DNA of 64,000 nucleotides from an uncultured Thermodesulfobacteriota bacterium (GCA_964634465.1 CAZWLY010000009.1:80397-144396), one strand, 5' to 3'; numbered from the stretch's first letter, positions 9,181-19,419 are shown. Program-made: numbers and translations. Notes: generated by a model from the sequence alone, not told the origin.

Positions 9181-11481
9181 ATGAAAAAAATCGAGATACC
9201 GGACAATCTGTTCAAGGCCCATCTGGTCTTCGAGAAGATGAGCCAGTACCCGGAATATCTGCGCGAGATGCGCGAGGTCTTCCTGGACTTCATCGAGCGC
9301 AAAAAGCTGGCCAAGGCCGAAGAATTGATGGAGCTCGCCCGCCAGCGGGCCGAGGCCGACGGCATCGATCCGGACGACGAGGAGACGATAGAGAGTTATT
9401 ACCACACCCTGATCGACCTCTACTTCGCCGCCTCGTTGAAGTCGGTCTCCAGGGCCGACAGCTACATCAACCTGGCCCGCAAACTGGCCAAGAATCGTGA
9501 ACTGGCCCGCCTGCTGCACTGGGAGAACGCCTCTTCGACCGAGATCTACCAGCGCCTCAAGGAGTTCTGCGAAATTCCCCTGGGCGACAAGATCATCCCC
9601 GAGGCCGAGGCGATCGGCGTGCGGGTGGCGTTGATCAACCACTTCATCTCCAATCAACTGCCCTACATCGGGGTGGCCAAGCACTACATCACCATCCGCG
9701 ACGTCCACCAGATCCTGTCCCGAACGGTCTGGAGCCCCAACCGTTCCGGTCGGATCGGCGGCAAAGCGGCCGGGATGCTCCTGGCCCAGAAGATCGTCCT
9801 GCCGCTCTTTTTCAAGACCAAACAAGAGTTCGTTGAAAACATAAGAGTTCCTGATAGTTATTTCTTGCGTTCCGATATCTTCGACGAGTTCATCCAGGAG
9901 AACCACCTCGAGCAGTACCACTCCCGCAAGTACGAGAGTCGGGAGAAGATCGAGGAACTCTACCCCAAGATTCAGGCCCATTTCGCCCGGGGCAAGTTCT
10001 CCGAGCGAACGCTGAAGCGCTTCCGCCGCATCCTGGAGGAGATCGGCGAGGTGCCGATCATCGTCCGCTCGTCCTCGTTTCTGGAGGACAACTTCGGGTT
10101 GGCCTTCTCCGGTAAGTACGATTCGATCTTCCTGGCCAACCAGGGCGACATCGAAACCCGGTTGGAGCAGTTCGTGGACGGGGTCAAGCGGGTCCACATG
10201 TCCACCTACCACCCCAACCCGATCTCGTATCGACAGGACAACAACCTCCTGGACTTCAACGAGCACATGGCCGTTTTGGTTCAGAAGGTGGTCGGGCGCC
10301 GCTACGGCGACTACTTCTTCCCCACCGCCGGCGGGGTGATCTTCTCCAAGAACTCGTTCATCTGGAATCCCAAGATAGACCCCGACGCCGGGCTGATGCG
10401 CATGGTCTTCGGTTTGGGCACCAGGGCGGTGGATCGGGTCGGCAGCGACTACCCCCGGATGGTCGCCCTGTCCCACCCCACGCTCAGGCCCGAGGTGACC
10501 GCCCAGGCCATCAGGAAATACTCCCAGCGCTACGTCGATCTGTTGAACCTCAAGACCGGCCAGTTGGAGAGCCATCCGCTCCGAAAGCTTCTGTCCGAGG
10601 TCCGTCACCCCGAAGCCCACATGGTCATCTCGCTGGTCCAGGGCGACCATGTGGCCCCGCCGATCAGCAAGGTGGCCAAGTTCGACCCCGCCCAAGCCTG
10701 CATCACCTTTGACCGGCTGTTGAAAGAGACCGATTTCGGGCGTCTGGTCAGGGAGATGGTCCAGACCGTCTCCAAGGGCTACGGCTGGCCGGTGGACATG
10801 GAGTTCGCCTACGACGACGGCAAGCTCTACCTCCTCCAGTGCCGGACGCTCAGCGTGCCCAACGAGCCCGACCGGGTGGACATCCCGGAGAACATTCCCA
10901 AGGACAAGATCATCTTCACCTCCAACACCGTGGTCAGAAACCGGATCATCGAGGACATCGAGTACATCGCCTATGTCGATCCGCCGGCCTACAACCGACT
11001 GGCCGACTACGAGGCCAAGCGGCGGGTCGGGCGGGTGATAAACCGCGTCAACAACGCCCTCAAGGACAAGCGCTACGTCCTGTTGGGTCCGGGGCGATGG
11101 GGCAGCAACGACATCAACCTCGGGGTCCAGGTCGGCTATCACGACATCAACCACACCAAGGTCCTGGGCGAAGTGGCCTTCGCCACCGACGGCATCACCC
11201 CCGAGGTCAGCTACGGCACCCACTTCTTCAACGACCTCATCGAGGCCGACATCGTTCCCCTGGCCCTCTACCCAGACGAGGAGGGGATCATCTTCAACCG
11301 GGCCTTCCTCTATCACGGCCCCTCGGTTCTGGAGTATCTCTCGCCCGAAGACGCCGACCTGGGCGGGGTGGTCAGGGTGATCCACGTCCCCTCGGCCGCC
11401 GGGGGGCTGTACCTCCAGATCTACCTGGATGGGGCGGCGAACAAAGGCGTCGGCTTCCTGGCTTCGAAGAGAAACGCCTGA
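9181..11481 (+). CDS. PEP synthase / PPDK-like ATP-grasp nucleotide-binding domain protein with novel N- and C-terminal regions and no phospho-His swivel domain
   Basis: 'GRIGGKAAGM' and 'IIVRSSSFLEDNFGLAFSGKYDS' match the PEPS/PPDK N-terminal ATP-grasp (PF01326-type) signature. The domain ends in '...YDDGKLYLLQCRTL'. No 'GGxTSHAAI' motif was found. Confidence 0.55.
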   Translation: MKKIEIPDNLFKAHLVFEKMSQYPEYLREMREVFLDFIERKKLAKAEELMELARQRAEADGIDPDDEETIESYYHTLIDLYFAASLKSVSRADSYINLARKLAKNRELARLLHWENASSTEIYQRLKEFCEIPLGDKIIPEAEAIGVRVALINHFISNQLPYIGVAKHYITIRDVHQILSRTVWSPNRSGRIGGKAAGMLLAQKIVLPLFFKTKQEFVENIRVPDSYFLRSDIFDEFIQENHLEQYHSRKYESREKIEELYPKIQAHFARGKFSERTLKRFRRILEEIGEVPIIVRSSSFLEDNFGLAFSGKYDSIFLANQGDIETRLEQFVDGVKRVHMSTYHPNPISYRQDNNLLDFNEHMAVLVQKVVGRRYGDYFFPTAGGVIFSKNSFIWNPKIDPDAGLMRMVFGLGTRAVDRVGSDYPRMVALSHPTLRPEVTAQAIRKYSQRYVDLLNLKTGQLESHPLRKLLSEVRHPEAHMVISLVQGDHVAPPISKVAKFDPAQACITFDRLLKETDFGRLVREMVQTVSKGYGWPVDMEFAYDDGKLYLLQCRTLSVPNEPDRVDIPENIPKDKIIFTSNTVVRNRIIEDIEYIAYVDPPAYNRLADYEAKRRVGRVINRVNNALKDKRYVLLGPGRWGSNDINLGVQVGYHDINHTKVLGEVAFATDGITPEVSYGTHFFNDLIEADIVPLALYPDEEGIIFNRAFLYHGPSVLEYLSPEDADLGGVVRVIHVPSAAGGLYLQIYLDGAANKGVGFLASKRNA

Positions 11482-11562
11482 TCGACGGCCGGCTCGGCCT
11501 TATCTGGACAGCCGGGCCGGCTTGGTCTATCCTGAAGCAGCCTGAGTCCAAAGGAGCGTCCA

Positions 11563-12249
11563 ATGACCAGAACTTTCTTCAGAGTGTTATTGATCGCCGT
11601 CCTCTCCCTGGCCTTCGTCGCTCCGGCCCTGGCCGGCGACATCAAGCCCAGAACGGTGATCACCGACGCCGAGTTGGTCCTGGAAGAGATGATGGCCGAG
11701 GAAGATGGGGCCATCCCCTACGACCTGCTGAAGAAATGCGCCGGGGTGATCATCTTTCCCTCGGTGGTCAAGGGCGGGTTCATCATCGGCGGCAGCTTCG
11801 GCCGGGGAGTGGTTTTGGCCAAAGACGAGAAAGGGAGGTGGTCGCCGCCCGGATTCGTCGATTTCGGCGGCGGCAGCTTCGGCTTTCAAATCGGGGTCCA
11901 GTCCATCGACCTGATCCTGCTGGTTATGACCAAGCACGGCTTGAAGGCGCTTCTCGATAACAACGTGAAACTGGGCGGCGACATCGGCGTGGCCATCGGT
12001 CCGGTCGGGCGCCGGGCCTCGGCCGGCACCGACGTCGAGCTCACCTCCGTGGTTTACTCCTATTCCCGGACCCAAGGGCTCTTCGCCGGCTTCTCGCTGG
12101 AGGGATCGGGCATCATGCCCAACGACAAGTATGCCAAGGAGTTCTACGCCGAGAAGTGGTCCATCGAGGACATCATCTTCAAGCGCAAGGTCACCCCTCC
12201 GCCGGCGGCCAAGCGGCTGATGGACGTTTTGGCCAAGTACTCCAAATAG
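11563..12249 (+). CDS. Secreted SYLF/Ysc84 (DUF500) lipid-binding domain protein
   Basis: A signal peptide is followed by 'GGSFGFQIGVQSIDLILLVM...LGGDIGVAIGPVGR', typical of the SYLF domain. Confidence 0.55.
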   Translation: MTRTFFRVLLIAVLSLAFVAPALAGDIKPRTVITDAELVLEEMMAEEDGAIPYDLLKKCAGVIIFPSVVKGGFIIGGSFGRGVVLAKDEKGRWSPPGFVDFGGGSFGFQIGVQSIDLILLVMTKHGLKALLDNNVKLGGDIGVAIGPVGRRASAGTDVELTSVVYSYSRTQGLFAGFSLEGSGIMPNDKYAKEFYAEKWSIEDIIFKRKVTPPPAAKRLMDVLAKYSK

Positions 12250-12516
12250 GCGTGGCCCCGCCTTCCTTATGAAAAAGACGGCCCGCGGCGAGGCGGCGGC
12301 CATGAGCGCCGCCTCGGTCCTCAAGGGCCCAGAGCGGGTCAGACAGGCGATTCCAAGGCGACTTCGAGACCCCGACCGAGCCGCCGCCTAGCCGAACCCC
12401 CTCAGTCCCCAGGCGGTTCATTACAGGTATAATCCGCCGGCATTACTCGGTATTATCGTCTCGATGGTTCGCCCCGGCTCTTTTGCCTTGCCTCGGATTT
12501 TTTCCTGTGGTATTGC

Positions 12517-12544
12517 TGTCAACCAAAACTAAAGAAGGTTGACA
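12517..12544. promoter_or_regulatory. BirA operator (bioO): TGTCAAC-N14-GTTGACA overlapping the bioB RBS and start
   Basis: A perfect 7-bp inverted repeat with 14-nt spacer matches the widespread BirA box TGTnAAC-N14/15-GTTnACA. It lies immediately upstream of bioB. Confidence 0.5.
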
Positions 12545-12547
12545 GCC

Positions 12548-13528
12548 ATGGCCGACCTGCAAGATATCTTCGATCGTCTCGCGTGCGGCGAGGAGTTGGA
12601 CCGCACCGCCGCCTTGCGCCTGCTTTCGCCCATGGAGCGCGCCGACCGGCTCAAGTTGTTCAGCCTGGCCGATCGGGCCACGGCGGCCGCCTTTGGTGGC
12701 CGGGTGGAGTTCTGCGCCATCATCAACGCCCGGTCGGGCAAATGCTCCGAGGACTGCACCTTCTGCGCCCAGTCGGCTCACTACAAGACCGCGGCCCCGG
12801 CCCACGAGCTTGTGGACCGCGACGCGGTCAAGGCGGCGGCCGCTCGGGCCAAGGAGGGCGGGGCGGTCCGCTTTTCGGTGGTCATCTCGGGCAAGGCGGC
12901 GACGGACAAACAGGTCGATCAAATCTCCGCCATGGTCGAGGACATCGCCTCGTTGGGGCTCAAGCCCTGCGCCTCGTTGGGCTGTCTGAGCCAGGACCAA
13001 CTGGCCCGGTTGACCGACGCGGGGCTTGATCGCTACCACCACAACCTGGAGACCGCCAGGACCTATTATCCCCACATCTGCACCACCCACACCTATGAAG
13101 AGCGAGTGGAGACGCTCGAGGCGGCTCGCGCGGTCGGGCTCGGCCTGTGCTCGGGCGGCATCTTCGGTCTGGGCGAGGAGGTCGCCCACCGCCTGGAGAT
13201 GATCGAGGCCCTCAAAGAGATCGGGGTCGATTCGGTGGCGGTCAACTTCTTGAATCCCATCCCGGGTACGCCCTTGGACCACCGGCCGCTCTTGGATCCC
13301 TGGGAGGCGCTGTCGATTCTGGCGGTCATCCGACTTCTCATGCCCCGGACCGAGATCAGGACCTGCGGCGGCCGGACCCAGACCCTGGGCGCGCTCTCGC
13401 CCCTGCAATACCTGGCCGGGGCCAACGCGACCATGACCGGCGACTACCTGACCACCGACGGGCCCCAGCCCGATACGGACCGGGCCGAACTGGAGCAAGT
13501 GGGTCTCCAACTGGCCCTCCCAGCCTGA
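12548..13528 (+). CDS. bioB: Biotin synthase (radical SAM)
   Basis: The 'CSEDCTFC' CxxxCxxC radical-SAM motif is present. The BioB-like C-terminus supplies the second-cluster ligands. Confidence 0.9.
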   Translation: MADLQDIFDRLACGEELDRTAALRLLSPMERADRLKLFSLADRATAAAFGGRVEFCAIINARSGKCSEDCTFCAQSAHYKTAAPAHELVDRDAVKAAAARAKEGGAVRFSVVISGKAATDKQVDQISAMVEDIASLGLKPCASLGCLSQDQLARLTDAGLDRYHHNLETARTYYPHICTTHTYEERVETLEAARAVGLGLCSGGIFGLGEEVAHRLEMIEALKEIGVDSVAVNFLNPIPGTPLDHRPLLDPWEALSILAVIRLLMPRTEIRTCGGRTQTLGALSPLQYLAGANATMTGDYLTTDGPQPDTDRAELEQVGLQLALPA

Positions 13529-13539
13529 AGGACAGGAAG

Positions 13540-14910
13540 ATGGACATCACGGCCCCCGATCGCGCCACGCTGGAGAAGTGGGACAAGAAGTACCTCTGGC
13601 ACCCCTTCACCCCGATGAGCCACTGGCTTGAGGAGGAGACGCCGATCATCGTCCGGGGCGAGGGCGATTGCCTCTTCGACGCCGAGGGCAACCGCTACAT
13701 CGACGCCATCTCCTCGCTGTGGACCACGGTTCACGGCCACAACCACCCGGCCTTGAACGCGGCCATGCTCGAGCAGATCGACCGGATCGCCCACACCACC
13801 TTCCTGGGGCTGAGCCACCCCTCGGCCATCGAGCTGGCCAAACGACTTATCGAGATCGCCCCGGAGGGTTTGACCCGGGTCTTCTATTCCGACGCCGGAG
13901 CCACCGCGGTCGAGGTGGCGCTGAAGATGGCCTTTCAGTACCACCAGCAAAAAGCCGAGCCCGAGCCGGAGCGCACCCTCTTCGTTTCGCTGGCCGGGGC
14001 CTACCACGGCGACACCCTCGGCGCGGTCTCGGTGGGCGGCATGGGGTTGTTCCACCAGACCTACCGGCCGCTCTTGTTCGAGACCCTCAACCTCCCTCAG
14101 CCCTATTGCTACCGCTGCCCGCTGGAGAGAGAGTATCCGGCCTGTGAGCTGGCCTGCGCCGCCGAGGCCGAACGGCTGATCGGTGAGAACGCCTCCCGAC
14201 TGGCCGCTCTCATCGTCGAGCCGCTCGTTCAGGGCGCGGCCGGGATGATCGTCCAGCCGGACGGCTACCTCCGGCGTCTCTTTGACGCGGCCAAGGCGGC
14301 CGGGGCGCTCGTCATCGCCGACGAGGTGGCCACCGGCTTCGGTCGGACCGGGACCATGTTCGCCTGTGAGCAGGCCGGAATTACGCCGGACCTGATGTGC
14401 CTGGGCAAAGGGCTGACCGGCGGCTACCTGCCCGTGGCCGCCACCCTGGCCGCCGAGGCGGTCTTCGAGGCCTTTCTGGGCCGGCAGTGGGAGGCCCGGA
14501 CCTTTTTCCACGGCCACACCTTCACCGCCAACCCGATAGGCTGCGCCGCGGCCGTGGCCAACCTCGAGCTTTTCGAGACCGAGGCGACGCTGGCCAAACT
14601 CCAGCCCAAGATCGAACTTCTGACCGAGTTGCTCGAGCCGCTCAAAGATCGACCCTGGGTCGGCGAGGTGCGCCAGAAAGGCTTCATGGTCGGCGTGGAA
14701 ATGGTCGCCGACAGGGCGAGCAAGCAACCGCTGGACCCGAAGAAGCGGCTGCCCCAGCAGGTGGTTCTGGCCGCCCGCGACCGGGGGGTCATCATCCGGC
14801 CCCTGGGCGACGTGATGGTCCTCATGCCCCCGCTGAGCATCGATCCGGACAACTTGAAGACGGCCGTCGAAGCACTCGACGGGGCCATGGCCGAGGTGCT
14901 GGGTGCTTGA
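13540..14910 (+). CDS. bioA: Adenosylmethionine-8-amino-7-oxononanoate aminotransferase
   Basis: A class III PLP aminotransferase with N-terminus 'KYLWHPFT'. I placed the start at the ATG after the AGGACAGGAAG RBS and not at the 13147 track start. Confidence 0.9.
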   Translation: MDITAPDRATLEKWDKKYLWHPFTPMSHWLEEETPIIVRGEGDCLFDAEGNRYIDAISSLWTTVHGHNHPALNAAMLEQIDRIAHTTFLGLSHPSAIELAKRLIEIAPEGLTRVFYSDAGATAVEVALKMAFQYHQQKAEPEPERTLFVSLAGAYHGDTLGAVSVGGMGLFHQTYRPLLFETLNLPQPYCYRCPLEREYPACELACAAEAERLIGENASRLAALIVEPLVQGAAGMIVQPDGYLRRLFDAAKAAGALVIADEVATGFGRTGTMFACEQAGITPDLMCLGKGLTGGYLPVAATLAAEAVFEAFLGRQWEARTFFHGHTFTANPIGCAAAVANLELFETEATLAKLQPKIELLTELLEPLKDRPWVGEVRQKGFMVGVEMVADRASKQPLDPKKRLPQQVVLAARDRGVIIRPLGDVMVLMPPLSIDPDNLKTAVEALDGAMAEVLGA

Positions 14911-16111
14911 ACCGCTCGAGACGGGACCGGCCTGCGGCCGATGGCTGGACCAATTGGCCGGGGAGTTGGAGCGGCTGGAAGGGCAGGGGCTCAAACGGGT
15001 CACCAGGGCGGTCCAGGGCGCCATTGGGCCGGAGGTGGTCATCGACGGTCGGCGCTTGATCCTGGCCGCGGCCAACGACTACCTCGGCCTGGCCGGCGAC
15101 CCGGAGGTGATCGAGGCGGCCGTCGAGGCGGCCAGGTCCCACGGGGCCGGGGCCGGCGCGGCCCGGCTGATCTCGGGCACCTTCGACCTGGATCACCGAC
15201 TGGAGGCCGAACTGGCCGGCTTCAAGGGGACCGAGGCGGCCCTGGTCTTCTCCACCGGATACCTGGCCAATCTGGGCGTGGTCACCGCTCTGACCGGGCC
15301 GGGCGACGCGATCTTCTCCGACCAACTCAATCACGCCTCCATCGTTGACGGCTGTCGGCTGTCCAAGGCCGAGCGGTTCGTCTTCGGCCACGGCGACGTC
15401 GATCATCTCGACCGGCTGTTGACCGAACACGGCTCCAGGTTCAGGCGGCGGCTCATCGTCACCGACGGGGTCTTCTCCATGGACGGCGACCTGGCCCCGC
15501 TGCCCGAGTTGGCCTCGCTGGCCCGCCGGCACGAGGCGATGCTGGTCGTGGACGACGCCCACGCCACCGGCGTCATCGGCCCCAACGGCGGCGGTAGTCT
15601 GGACCACTTCGGCCTCAAGGACGACCGGATCATCCAGATCGGGACCATGTCCAAGGCCCTGGGCTGCCTGGGCGGCTTCGCCGCCGGCCCGGCGGTGGTC
15701 ATCGACTACTTGAGGAACACGGCCCGGCCCTTCTTCTACACCACCGCCCTGCCGCCGGCCGTGTTGGGCGCGGCCCTCAAGGCGCTTGATATCGTCCGTC
15801 GCCGGCCGGAGCGGCGGGAGCGGGTTCTGGCCCTGGCCCGGAAGCTGCGGGCCGAACTGACCGGCCAGGGCTGGTCGGTCCCGGTAGGCGAGACGCCGAT
15901 CGTGCCGGTCATCATCGGCGATTCACAAGACGCACTGGCCGCTTCGGCCAGACTCAACGAACTGGGGATCATGATTCCGGCTATTCGGCCGCCCACGGTC
16001 GCGCCGGGCACGGCCCGGCTTCGGATCGCGCTTTCCGCCGGCCACACCGACCAACACCTGGCCCGGATCGTCGAGGCCTTCAGGACCCTGAAAGAAGAAA
16101 TGGGCCTCTGA
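14903..16111 (+). CDS. bioF: 8-amino-7-oxononanoate synthase
   Basis: An alpha-oxoamine synthase with the PLP lysine region 'GTMSKALGCLGGF'. A GTG start overlaps the bioA stop. Confidence 0.85.
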   Translation: MLEPLETGPACGRWLDQLAGELERLEGQGLKRVTRAVQGAIGPEVVIDGRRLILAAANDYLGLAGDPEVIEAAVEAARSHGAGAGAARLISGTFDLDHRLEAELAGFKGTEAALVFSTGYLANLGVVTALTGPGDAIFSDQLNHASIVDGCRLSKAERFVFGHGDVDHLDRLLTEHGSRFRRRLIVTDGVFSMDGDLAPLPELASLARRHEAMLVVDDAHATGVIGPNGGGSLDHFGLKDDRIIQIGTMSKALGCLGGFAAGPAVVIDYLRNTARPFFYTTALPPAVLGAALKALDIVRRRPERRERVLALARKLRAELTGQGWSVPVGETPIVPVIIGDSQDALAASARLNELGIMIPAIRPPTVAPGTARLRIALSAGHTDQHLARIVEAFRTLKEEMGL

Positions 16112-16264
16112 GCCGGCTCCGGCCAAGGGCGGCGGGCGGCCCTCGACTCCGAGTTCCGTCCGGCGTTTCTTTGGCCCGGCCTCGCTGCTCCTCCCAACCG
16201 GGAGCAACCAACCGGTCCGCCCGTCGTTGACACTTCACCGCAACGGGGTTACTCCTTACTCAGT

Positions 16265-17311
16265 ATGACCGACGCCCGGCGCGACATAAAAGACTTGAGC
16301 CTAGATGATCTGACCGAACTGGTCACCGGTCTGGGTCAGCCCGCCTACAGGGCCGGCCAGCTTTTCAACTGGCTCTTTCACAAGCGGGTCAAGGACTGGG
16401 AGGAGATGTCCGACCTGCCCAAGACGCTCAGGGCCGAGTTGGCCCGGGTGTGGCGGATCGGCCGGCTCGAGCCGGCCGCCGTCCAGGAGTCGGAGGACGG
16501 AACCAGGAAGCTCCTCTTCGCCCTGGCCGACGGCGAAAGGATCGAGTCGGTCCTGATCCCCGAGGCCGATCACTGGACGCTGTGTCTCTCCAGCCAGGTT
16601 GGCTGCGCCATGGGCTGTAAGTTCTGCGCCACCGGCCGGGGCGGTTTCGTCCGCAATCTCACCCCGGCCGAGATGATCGGCCAGGTCATCGCCGCCGAGG
16701 AACTCGTCCCGGACGACAGGCGCCTGTCCAATCTGGTCTTCATGGGCATGGGCGAGCCCCTGGCCAACCTGGCCAACCTGATCGCCGCCCTCGAGGTGAT
16801 CACCGATCCGCGCGGCCTGGGCGTCGCCTGGCGCAAGGTGACCGTATCCACGGTCGGCCTGCCCGATCGCCTGGCCGAGTTGGCGGCTCGGGTCAGGGTC
16901 CGGCTGGCTATCTCTCTCCACGCCGCCGACGACGAACTCCGAAACGAGTTGGTGCCGATCAATCGCCGTCACAATCTGGCCGAACTGATGGCCACCTGCC
17001 GGCGGCTGCCGCTTCGCCGCGGCGACCGGATAACATTCGAATACGTCATGCTGGCCGGGGTCAACGACTCTCTGGCCCAGGCCAAGGCCCTGGTCAGGCT
17101 GCTTCAGGGCGTGCCGGCCAAGGTCAACCTGATTCCCTTCAACGAGCATCCCGGCTCACCCTTCAAACGACCCCCGGCCGAGACGGTCCTCGCCTTTCAG
17201 GATCGGCTGCGGAAAAGCGACGTGACCGCCTTCATCCGCCGGTCTATGGGCCGCGACATCCTGGCCGCCTGCGGCCAACTCAAGGCCCACCTCGCCGGCC
17301 GGGAGGGATAG
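16265..17311 (+). CDS. rlmN: 23S rRNA (adenine2503-C2)/tRNA methyltransferase, radical SAM
   Basis: 'CAMGCKFCATG' and RlmN-type motifs are present. Confidence 0.9.
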   Translation: MTDARRDIKDLSLDDLTELVTGLGQPAYRAGQLFNWLFHKRVKDWEEMSDLPKTLRAELARVWRIGRLEPAAVQESEDGTRKLLFALADGERIESVLIPEADHWTLCLSSQVGCAMGCKFCATGRGGFVRNLTPAEMIGQVIAAEELVPDDRRLSNLVFMGMGEPLANLANLIAALEVITDPRGLGVAWRKVTVSTVGLPDRLAELAARVRVRLAISLHAADDELRNELVPINRRHNLAELMATCRRLPLRRGDRITFEYVMLAGVNDSLAQAKALVRLLQGVPAKVNLIPFNEHPGSPFKRPPAETVLAFQDRLRKSDVTAFIRRSMGRDILAACGQLKAHLAGREG

Positions 17312-17413
17312 CCCCGGCCGCGAAGCGCCCCGGCTGCCAAGGGCGGCTCGACCGATTTTCTCTTGACGGCGGTGGATTCTGCGGCGGCGGAAACGAGCCG
17401 CCGGGGCCGGGTT

Positions 17414-18508
17414 TCAGACCCGCAGCTTGGCCGGCAGCTTCATGGAGACGAACTTCAGGAGCGTCTCGATCTCCACCGATTCCGGGTTCAGTTGGAGGGC
17501 CTTCTTGAGAATGTTTCTGGCCTGGACGTACTCTTTCATCTCTACGTGGGCCCGAGCCAGATTGTAGTAGATGTGCTCGTCGTTGGGGTTGACCTTGAGC
17601 GCCTTTTTGTACTGGGTGATGGCCTTTTCGGGTTGCCCCCGGCGGCGGTAGATGATGCCCAGGGAGTTGTAGACGTTTATGGTCTCCGGGCTGAGTTTGG
17701 TCACCTCCTTGAGAACCGATTCGGCGTTGGAGTCCATGTGCTTTTCCATGTAGATCTCCGCCGCCTGCTCCAGACACCGGGTCGCCTCTTCTTTTCGGCC
17801 CAGTTTGATCAGACATTCGCCCATCTTTTCGTAGGCCTTGGCAAAGGCGTTGTTGATCTGGGTGGCCCGTCTGAAGTAGCGGATCGCCTCCTCGTAGAGC
17901 CCTTGGGCGGTCTTGATGTAGCCCATGTTGTAGTAGACTTCGGCGTTCTCGTAGATGGTCAGGACCCTCTGGAACTCCTTGAGGGCCTCGTCCCAGCGCT
18001 CGGCCTCCATCAACTCCAGTCCCTGCTGGTAGCTCTTCTGAGCGGCCAGGAACTGGGGGTCGCGCTCGGGTTGGAGGAAGACCTCGATCTTCTTGCGGAC
18101 CAGCTCCGGGGTGGGCGGCCTCAAGATTATGTCGCTCACCCCGGCCTCGCCGGCCTCGACCACCTGCCCCTTGGTCACGTATTCGGCCACCAGGATGACC
18201 GGCGTGGCGTAGAATTTGGGCTCGGCCCTGATGATCTTCAACAGGGCCAGGCCGCTCATCTCGGGCATGTTCCAGGCCGAGATGACGAAATCGGCCCCCT
18301 GGCTCTTGAGGATGGACCAGGCCTCGGTGCCGTTGCTGGCCTCGACCACCGAAGGGTAGCCCAACTCATGGAGGATTCGGGCCAGGGTCTTGCGGACCGA
18401 TTCGTCCGGGTCGGCGATCAGAAAACAGGGGTTCAGGTTCCGCAATCCTGACGCTCCGCTGGGGTGGTCATATCTCAAAAAGTATCCCAACCGGGGAGGG
18501 CTGTCCAT
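17414..18508 (-). CDS. Response regulator receiver domain fused to TPR repeats
   Basis: A CheY-like receiver ('FLIADPDESVRK...VISAWNMPEMSG') is followed by about 6 TPR repeats. The start is uncertain and could be an internal TTG near 18440. Confidence 0.6.
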   Translation of the reverse strand: MDSPPRLGYFLRYDHPSGASGLRNLNPCFLIADPDESVRKTLARILHELGYPSVVEASNGTEAWSILKSQGADFVISAWNMPEMSGLALLKIIRAEPKFYATPVILVAEYVTKGQVVEAGEAGVSDIILRPPTPELVRKKIEVFLQPERDPQFLAAQKSYQQGLELMEAERWDEALKEFQRVLTIYENAEVYYNMGYIKTAQGLYEEAIRYFRRATQINNAFAKAYEKMGECLIKLGRKEEATRCLEQAAEIYMEKHMDSNAESVLKEVTKLSPETINVYNSLGIIYRRRGQPEKAITQYKKALKVNPNDEHIYYNLARAHVEMKEYVQARNILKKALQLNPESVEIETLLKFVSMKLPAKLRV

Positions 18509-18649
18509 GCTAAATCACGGTAGGCAAAAAGGACCGGAACCGTCGTTTCGACCCGGCCGGAGGCGGGTTCGGGGTGTAGAATGGTAATTCAGGCCGGACG
18601 GCGGCGGGGCGCGGTCGTCCGATGGCCGATTTCAATCTGAGGCGAGGGA

Positions 18650-19141
18650 GTGAAAATGGAAGCCAAAGCGGTTAGAGACAGCGCGCTGAGCGTGGCCTAT
18701 CAGATGATGCCCGAGGACGCCAACCCGGCCGGCAGCGTCCACGGCGGCGTCATCATGAAGCACATCGACACCACCGCCGGCTGCGTGGCCATCCGCCACG
18801 CCCGATGCAACGCGGTGACCGCCTCCATCGACCGGCTCGATTTCCACCACCCGGTCTTTGTCGGCAACCTGCTCCACCTCAAGGCCAGCCTGAATCTGGC
18901 CGGCCGGACCTCGATGGAGGTCGGGGTCAGGGTCGAGGCCGAGGACCTGTTGACCGGCGAGATCCGCCACACCGGCTCGGCCTATCTGACTTTCGTCGCC
19001 CTGGACGAAAACGGCCGGCCCAAGGAGGTGCCGTCCTTGAAACTGGAGACCGACACGGAGAGACGCCGCCACCGCCAGGCCCTCGACCGCCGCGAGGTCC
19101 GTCTCCAGGAGCGGGTCAGAGAGCGCGGCTCGAAGATGTAG
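18650..19141 (+). CDS. Acyl-CoA thioesterase, hotdog fold (YciA-like)
   Basis: 'PEDANPAGSVHGGVIMKHIDTTAG' is the hotdog thioesterase signature. Confidence 0.7.
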   Translation: MKMEAKAVRDSALSVAYQMMPEDANPAGSVHGGVIMKHIDTTAGCVAIRHARCNAVTASIDRLDFHHPVFVGNLLHLKASLNLAGRTSMEVGVRVEAEDLLTGEIRHTGSAYLTFVALDENGRPKEVPSLKLETDTERRRHRQALDRREVRLQERVRERGSKM

Positions 19142-19242
19142 TCGGCTCCGCCCAGGTCTGGCGGAACGGCCGGGATCGGATATATTCTATCTCTGAATCG
19201 GGAACTCAGCGTTGCTTCGCGTTACTTCGACAGGGGGTTTGA

Positions 19243-19419
19243 ATGGAAGACAAGATTCTCAAGGAGATGGAAAAGGCCGGCAAGCCGGTCCGCCCCGGTG
19301 AGATCGCCAAGGCCCTGGGCGTGGAGAGCAAGGAGGTCTCCAAGGCCATCGCCGAGATGAAGAAGAAGGGGCTGGTCCACTCGCCCAAGCGCTGCTACTA
19401 CGCGCCCGGCAAGGGTTAG
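19243..19419 (+). CDS. Small (58 aa) putative winged-helix DNA-binding protein
   Basis: Unlisted short ORF 'MEDKILKEMEKAGKPVRPGEIAKALGVESKEVSKAIAEMKKKGLVHSP'. It has an HTH-like pattern and high GC3 consistent with coding. Confidence 0.35.
   Translation: MEDKILKEMEKAGKPVRPGEIAKALGVESKEVSKAIAEMKKKGLVHSPKRCYYAPGKG

Noticed and set aside
16112-16264. TTGACA hexamer upstream of rlmN as a promoter
   Set aside because: No acceptable -10 element lies at 16-19 nt spacing, so I left it unannotated.
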